Assembly: GCA_044892525.1 (NCBI GenBank)
Contig: CM097885.1
Span: forward strand, 188,418,001 to 188,482,000
Direction of reading: 5' to 3'
From: Schmidtea polychroa
Taxonomy: Eukaryota
DNA length: 64,000 nt
Shown: positions 60,901 through 64,000 of the stretch, in pieces
Position numbering within the stretch: position 1 is the stretch's first letter
Layout of the letters: every line of letters begins with the position of its first letter
Program-made: the position numbers and the translations under genes
The notes under the pieces: generated by a model
Told to the model about the DNA's origin: nothing
Databases searched by the model: none
What the model saw: only the letters and a program-made list of their open reading frames with translations

Positions 60901-62226
60901 AAATATGCCAAACATTCAAGAAGCTGAAGCCTTCGTTTTCCTAACTGTGATCTCTCTGCGGATGAGCTTGATTATCAACACCTTCTATTCAACCAAAGAA
61001 ATTTTCCTTAGAATACTAATTCGCGATTCTAGCGCTTCTCCTGATAAAGATCGTTACGAGAACCGGACTGACCCATTCGTCTTCAGTCAAAAGGAGTTAA
61101 TGAACAAAGTTATTCCAGATAAAGATTCCATTACTTTCACATCGTACGAAACTGGAGTCTACATGCTCAAATGCAAGTTCATCAACAATCTCAATACAAT
61201 CGCCAGATCAATCATTGTAATGTCATCAAAAAGTGACGTTTGAATGACGTCAATAAAAATATTACTATAAATAAATTTTAGAAATTAAACAAATAAATAT
61301 GTAATCAAAAAATTCCTAATTTAGGGTTTATGATGACGTCATTCTAAATTTAGTATTTTAAATCAAATTTTTAATTAAATATTTTAATATAAGTTTCATT
61401 GTTGAGGGCCGACGGAAATATATTTAATAATAGACAGTTACGGTAAACTATTTTATTTTTTTTAAATAGTTAAACTGAAGGAATTTGAAAGCGAATTCAT
61501 CAATCCGCCTATAAATAATTGAATTAATAGTTACAAAATAGAACGTGCTCAGAGCAGAAAACAGCTTTCGCAGCACCCAGGATACCCCAAAACCGCTCAG
61601 TTAATTACCCATGTTTGTCATATAGTAAAAGTCGTTGACTGCACAGGAGTCATCGACTTCTTGCATGCTATTTGAGCAGGGATCCATTGACCAAGGATCT
61701 TTCACACTGTCAAATTTTAATGCACAGACATATTAAAATTAAAATCTTTTAAGTAATTAATTGACTTGACTTGTTTATTTAATAGGACTTCAACCGATCT
61801 TTTTATATTTGTGATAAATCATATCATTTTTATAAATCTTACACTTTATTAATTGGACTCAGAATAGTGTTAGGATCTTCACCCCATCTATTGATCTCAA
61901 CAATATTTATAATAATTATAATATATCGTTGTTTAATTTTTACTAATATAATAATAAAATAAAAACTTGCAAGAGAAAGTTATTTCAAAAAAATGGATGT
62001 CCGAAGAAAATATTGGTACTAGGGCCCGGCTTTGGAAGCGAGAGCCATGTATTCTACATAGAAATCCCCTTTTTAAATCATTTAAAAATTTAACAATGAC
62101 ATATTAAAAGATTCACTCACTTCACAGTTGAATTTACGAAGAGCAGTTATTAAAACTTCTCTTGCTGCAGTTTCCTTTGTCACTGGAATCTCTTTGTAGT
62201 GTGAAGAGGAGATATTTACATGTGAT
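41785..62226 (-). CDS. DGKQ: Diacylglycerol kinase theta (type V DGK), 5'-partial; 8 exons, 547 aa recovered
   Basis: Minus-strand exons are 62226-62121, 58269-57901, 57855-57685, 55769-55480, 55432-55229, 53384-53063, 52968-52870 and 41868-41785 (all GT-AG, phases consistent). They encode an RA-like region ([22 protein letters not shown]), an RRM-like segment (VAIFVGNL), the catalytic domain ([37 protein letters not shown]), the accessory domain ([34 protein letters not shown]) and the tail KSALK|[17 protein letters not shown]. This architecture matches DGK theta/dgk-1. C1-domain exons were not found in the window. Confidence 0.93.
42933..42992. repeat. (TA)30 microsatellite inside the hAT 5' subterminal region
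   Basis: Direct reading. Confidence 0.95.
43472..46123 (+). CDS. hAT transposase (ZMYM1-like; TTF zinc finger, DUF4371-type region, hAT dimerisation domain), 883 aa
   Basis: [14 protein letters not shown] (TTF-like), [13 protein letters not shown] (D1), [12 protein letters not shown] (D2), [10 protein letters not shown] (CxxH), [20 protein letters not shown] (E). No stops. Confidence 0.95.
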   Translation: MADRKKLSGAQNRKRKAEKKNEEKKQEGAFLKYICRQQSQDKNRNEMTPRKQVYCNLEEQMDRNSTTRNAEVPILTEFPHTNVEETIEETEVETIEETVEEPIEEIVLETIEDTEEILINETLEILESVNSSLDYSDPATWLNSHDLRSGRLRQILVEHGPEQIEEFDFPQNESHRKFSMNFYRRRLANGEEMRRHWLQYSKTTNSAFCFCCKIFNNNQRVIHLSDKGSSDWKNMSVILERHEKNKDHLINFQTWKELELRLKKNKTIDQDNLRLIKQEERHWQQVLERLIGLVKVLATQNIAFRGSNEKLYSPGNGNFLSFVEYLASFDPIMGEHLRRIKNNETQVHYLGKDIQNELIQLLSKSIKTKILKSISMAKYFSIILDCTPDVSHTEQMTLIIRFVHTNTENCDLDPICIREHFLGFVKLTDTTGAGMTDEIVQMLADMSLPIENLRGQGYDNGSNMKGKENGVQRRILNLNPRALFVPCSAHSLNLVVNDAVSCCLDATSFFMLVQRIYVYFAASTRRWEVLKRHASNLTVKPLSDTRWESRIDALKPLRYQLSKVIAALIDIFQDTSQTGVSGNTSRIEAQGLAKAISNFEFVVSVIIWYDILFNINITSKQLQSEKINIQDAMKLLEDTKKFLFNSRNDEGFERILVDARELAEESEISPIFKQTQRIRKQKKQFEYEANDEPIQNPKEKFKISFYFAVLDRALKSVEQRFTQMSTINSTFGFLYNIHNLQYISSKKILEDCLKLENFLRHDDSKDIDGTDLLNELIFIARHIPKNLLPEDVLNYICKNNIVDSVPNIFVALRILLTLPVSVASGERSFSKLKQIKTYIRSTMSQERLVGLAILSIEHEMARDIDTKLLLEDFAKLKARKIKF
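46867..47249. mobile_element. hAT MITE, 383 bp (first member of a tandem pair)
   Basis: TIR CAGTGGCG(G/T)AACT and perfect TSD TCTCTAAG (46859-66 / 47250-57). Confidence 0.92.
47258..49259 (+). mobile_element. Degenerate hAT element, 2002 bp (second member of the tandem pair)
   Basis: TIR CAG(T/A)GGCGTAAC; flanks TCTCTAAG (47250-57) and TCTCTAGG (49260-67). Fragmented transposase: [47 protein letters not shown]. Confidence 0.9.
49387..50684 (+). mobile_element. Internally deleted piggyBac element (about 1.3 kb)
   Basis: TTAA at 49383-86 and 50685-88 with weak TIRs. Remnants: [18 protein letters not shown] (D2), [13 protein letters not shown] (D3), KTRRWP, and the C-terminal Cys-rich domain [20 protein letters not shown] (50394-50480). 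The region with the first catalytic D is missing. Confidence 0.85.
51251..52383 (+). mobile_element. Truncated, decayed hAT element
   Basis: Left end CAGTGGCGTT.. with GTGACACC/CACCGGG subterminal motifs. C-terminal remnant [29 protein letters not shown] (about 51960-52170). The right TIR is missing. Confidence 0.75.
52448..52666 (+). mobile_element. Solo LTR (219 bp) of a family related to the 32.6-kb Gypsy
   Basis: Begins TATGAGGAAGTT and ends GATTTTAATGTTCTAACGGATGAGAATCCTAATA, like the 32586/36892 LTRs. Perfect 5-bp TSD AACCT (52443-47 / 52667-71). Confidence 0.85.
53770..54500 (+). pseudogene. Decayed Gypsy gag/integrase remnant in a DGK intron
   Basis: [23 protein letters not shown] resembles the knuckle SRNCPDKKAPRFFGCGKEGHI of the 32.6-kb gag. 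[11 protein letters not shown] resembles the integrase C-terminal SP.EI.FG.K motif. Confidence 0.45.
58731..58942. mobile_element. piggyBac-type MITE, 212 bp
   Basis: TTAA at 58727-30 and 58943-46; TIR CCC(T/C)TTGGAGTC (1 mismatch in 12). Confidence 0.82.
59200..59460 (-). pseudogene. Tc1/IS630-type DD34E transposase C-terminal remnant
   Basis: [41 protein letters not shown], with 34 positions between D and E. Confidence 0.75.
59528..60726 (+). pseudogene. Decayed ZMYM1-like hAT transposase
   Basis: [59 protein letters not shown]. Many stops and frameshifts; termini not found. Confidence 0.8.
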
Positions 62227-64000
62227 CTGTAATGTAGGAATATAGATCAATGATAGTTAAAATGATAAAGATTATTGTATGGAAATATATTGAGAATCAA
62301 AATGTAATCTAATGTAAATTGAAATATGAAGATAAAGAAAAATGTAAATGAAAATAGATCAATAGTGAAAATATAAGACATTACTGATAGTATTTAAAAT
62401 TTTATATTAACCAATCACAACACTAAAAATTATTTGTAAAATAGACAATTTTCAGACAATTTTCACGAGCTGTTAATGATTTATTCAAATGTTTGTTGAT
62501 TGAATTATTTAAGACCTTTTGGATATATAAAATTTAGGTATCCTAACAAACTTAAATGATTTTACTTCACTAAAGCATATACACCTGTCAGGAAAATATA
62601 GTGATATATTATTATAGGGATGATTTTCGTATATTTGAATGTCTTACGGCAGTGAATAAAAGTTGTTCAACTACTGGTGGTTCGTTGTATTTGTTGTATA
62701 ACTTCGGCTTGAAACCTATTGCTGAGACACGATGAAAAGAGTTCCACGAGTGAAGCATTGAAAAAGTGAAGAATTTATTAAACAAAAAGTTAACAATGTA
62801 AAATTCATTCACTGCCAAACACATTCAGGATAATAGATTAACCATTTAAGCATATTTTCGTAATGAAACAAAAAAAAATATTTTAATATATGTAAAAGTT
62901 TGTTCGTTTTGATTGAAGGCTTCGCAAAACTTCATGAATACTTTCAGGTTTTCTAAAGAAATTTCAATGGTCATGGAAGAGCTGAAGAAAATTCAATGAA
63001 CAAGCCAAGTATATAATCAGTATGTGCCAGGGAAATTGATATTTTATGAAAATTTTCTTATTTTAATTGATAGTTTAACAAAATTGGTTTAGAAAAAGAT
63101 TTGAAAAGGAGCATAAAATGTTTTTGCAAATCTAAATCAATAGCGGTGTGAGATATAAGTCGAATTTTCTTACTTAAAAAAATTTTACAAAGGTACTCCA
63201 GGAAATATCTCAAAATTTGATATTACCAAAAATACTATGACCCAGCTGACCACTGAAGAAAAACATTTTGAAGTTTCAACTAAATCCAATTGCATAATAA
63301 TTATAGAAAAACACATTTCCATACACCACTGAAAATAGAATGGAAGATATTCAACAGTGACATAATATCAGTAAAAAAGTACAAGTAGAAGAAGTAGAGT
63401 TCATGAATAAACAGCAGAGCACAAAACTCAAACAAAATCTCAAAGTTTGAGTAAAATTTTCTAAATTGTTTTCAATGTTAGACAATTAAAACAAAACATT
63501 TTATCTTTAATATTTCCCATAATTTTATTTCTCTACCACGGGATACCAGAAAATATTGTTTGTTCAGGTGAAAATTTATTGATTAACTCTGATAACATAA
63601 ATCTTATATTTTCCCTTCAATCCAGATGCAACTTGTTTCTTTTTATTGTTGACAATATTTAATAGAATAATTTAATATATAAACCGATCGATAATATCTA
63701 CCCAGTTGCAAGATGGTTGGTATACTTTTCTTGGCGAGATCTTCACCATCATGACAATAAACGTTTGATGGTGTTATGACAATCACAAAGATTTTAAAAA
63801 GCAAACCAATTTAGAAATTTCGCAAACAAAATACCAAAGTTTCCCTTAACCGTAAGTGTTGACCCTATAATTATTAGATTTTTTTTAAACTTTCGACAGC
63901 CGGATAAAAAATTATAAATTTATTATTTCTTTGGAAAAACTAATTTGGTTAGAAGATTTTCATAATAACCTATTCACAAAAAATGGACACGAATATGAAG

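Noticed and set aside
61590-61708. Candidate extra DGK exon ([19 protein letters not shown]..)
   Set aside because: Its phase is incompatible with the phase-0 junction between exons 62121 and 58269, which join directly into a coherent RA-like domain.
62230-64000. Upstream DGK exons (C1 domains) or another coding remnant
   Set aside because: No Cys/His C1 pattern or phase-compatible exon found; the short frames are unassignable.
1-64000. CRISPR arrays, rRNA/tRNA genes or prokaryotic defence systems
   Set aside because: No regularly spaced repeat-spacer array or structural-RNA signature was seen; the window has spliceosomal introns and eukaryotic transposons.

Overview
This is an AT-rich eukaryotic (metazoan) window with two assembly gaps. 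It holds two convergent host genes, both reconstructed by hand from splice sites and reading phase. SGTA (+, 11716-32034; 7 exons, 334 aa) is complete. Diacylglycerol kinase theta (-, 62226-41785; 8 exons, 547 aa) lacks its 5' exons. Three phase-compatible 3' exons of an unidentified + strand gene lie at 3332-6038. Both known genes combine tiny 42-47 nt introns with a giant last intron (17,070 and 11,001 bp) packed with transposons. Mobile elements include an intact pogo DD35D element, an intact hAT element, a full-length but degenerate 4.5 kb Ty3/Gypsy element, a solo LTR, a decayed Gypsy, remnants of mariner, Tc1, piggyBac, Buster and other hATs, and many MITEs with verifiable target-site duplications (TSDs). 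The most unusual signals are: (1) a Gypsy family with non-canonical TA...TA LTR ends, confirmed by two independent insertions; (2) a gag ATG formed across the LTR/primer-binding-site (PBS) junction; (3) two hAT elements inserted in tandem at one triplicated 8-bp target; (4) an unidentified antisense pseudo-exon family bracketing the SGTA giant intron; (5) an antisense orientation bias of intronic elements. The host is an AT-rich invertebrate; a planarian-like flatworm is only a guess from intron sizes. I found no CRISPR array, rRNA, tRNA or prokaryotic system. No database searches were run.
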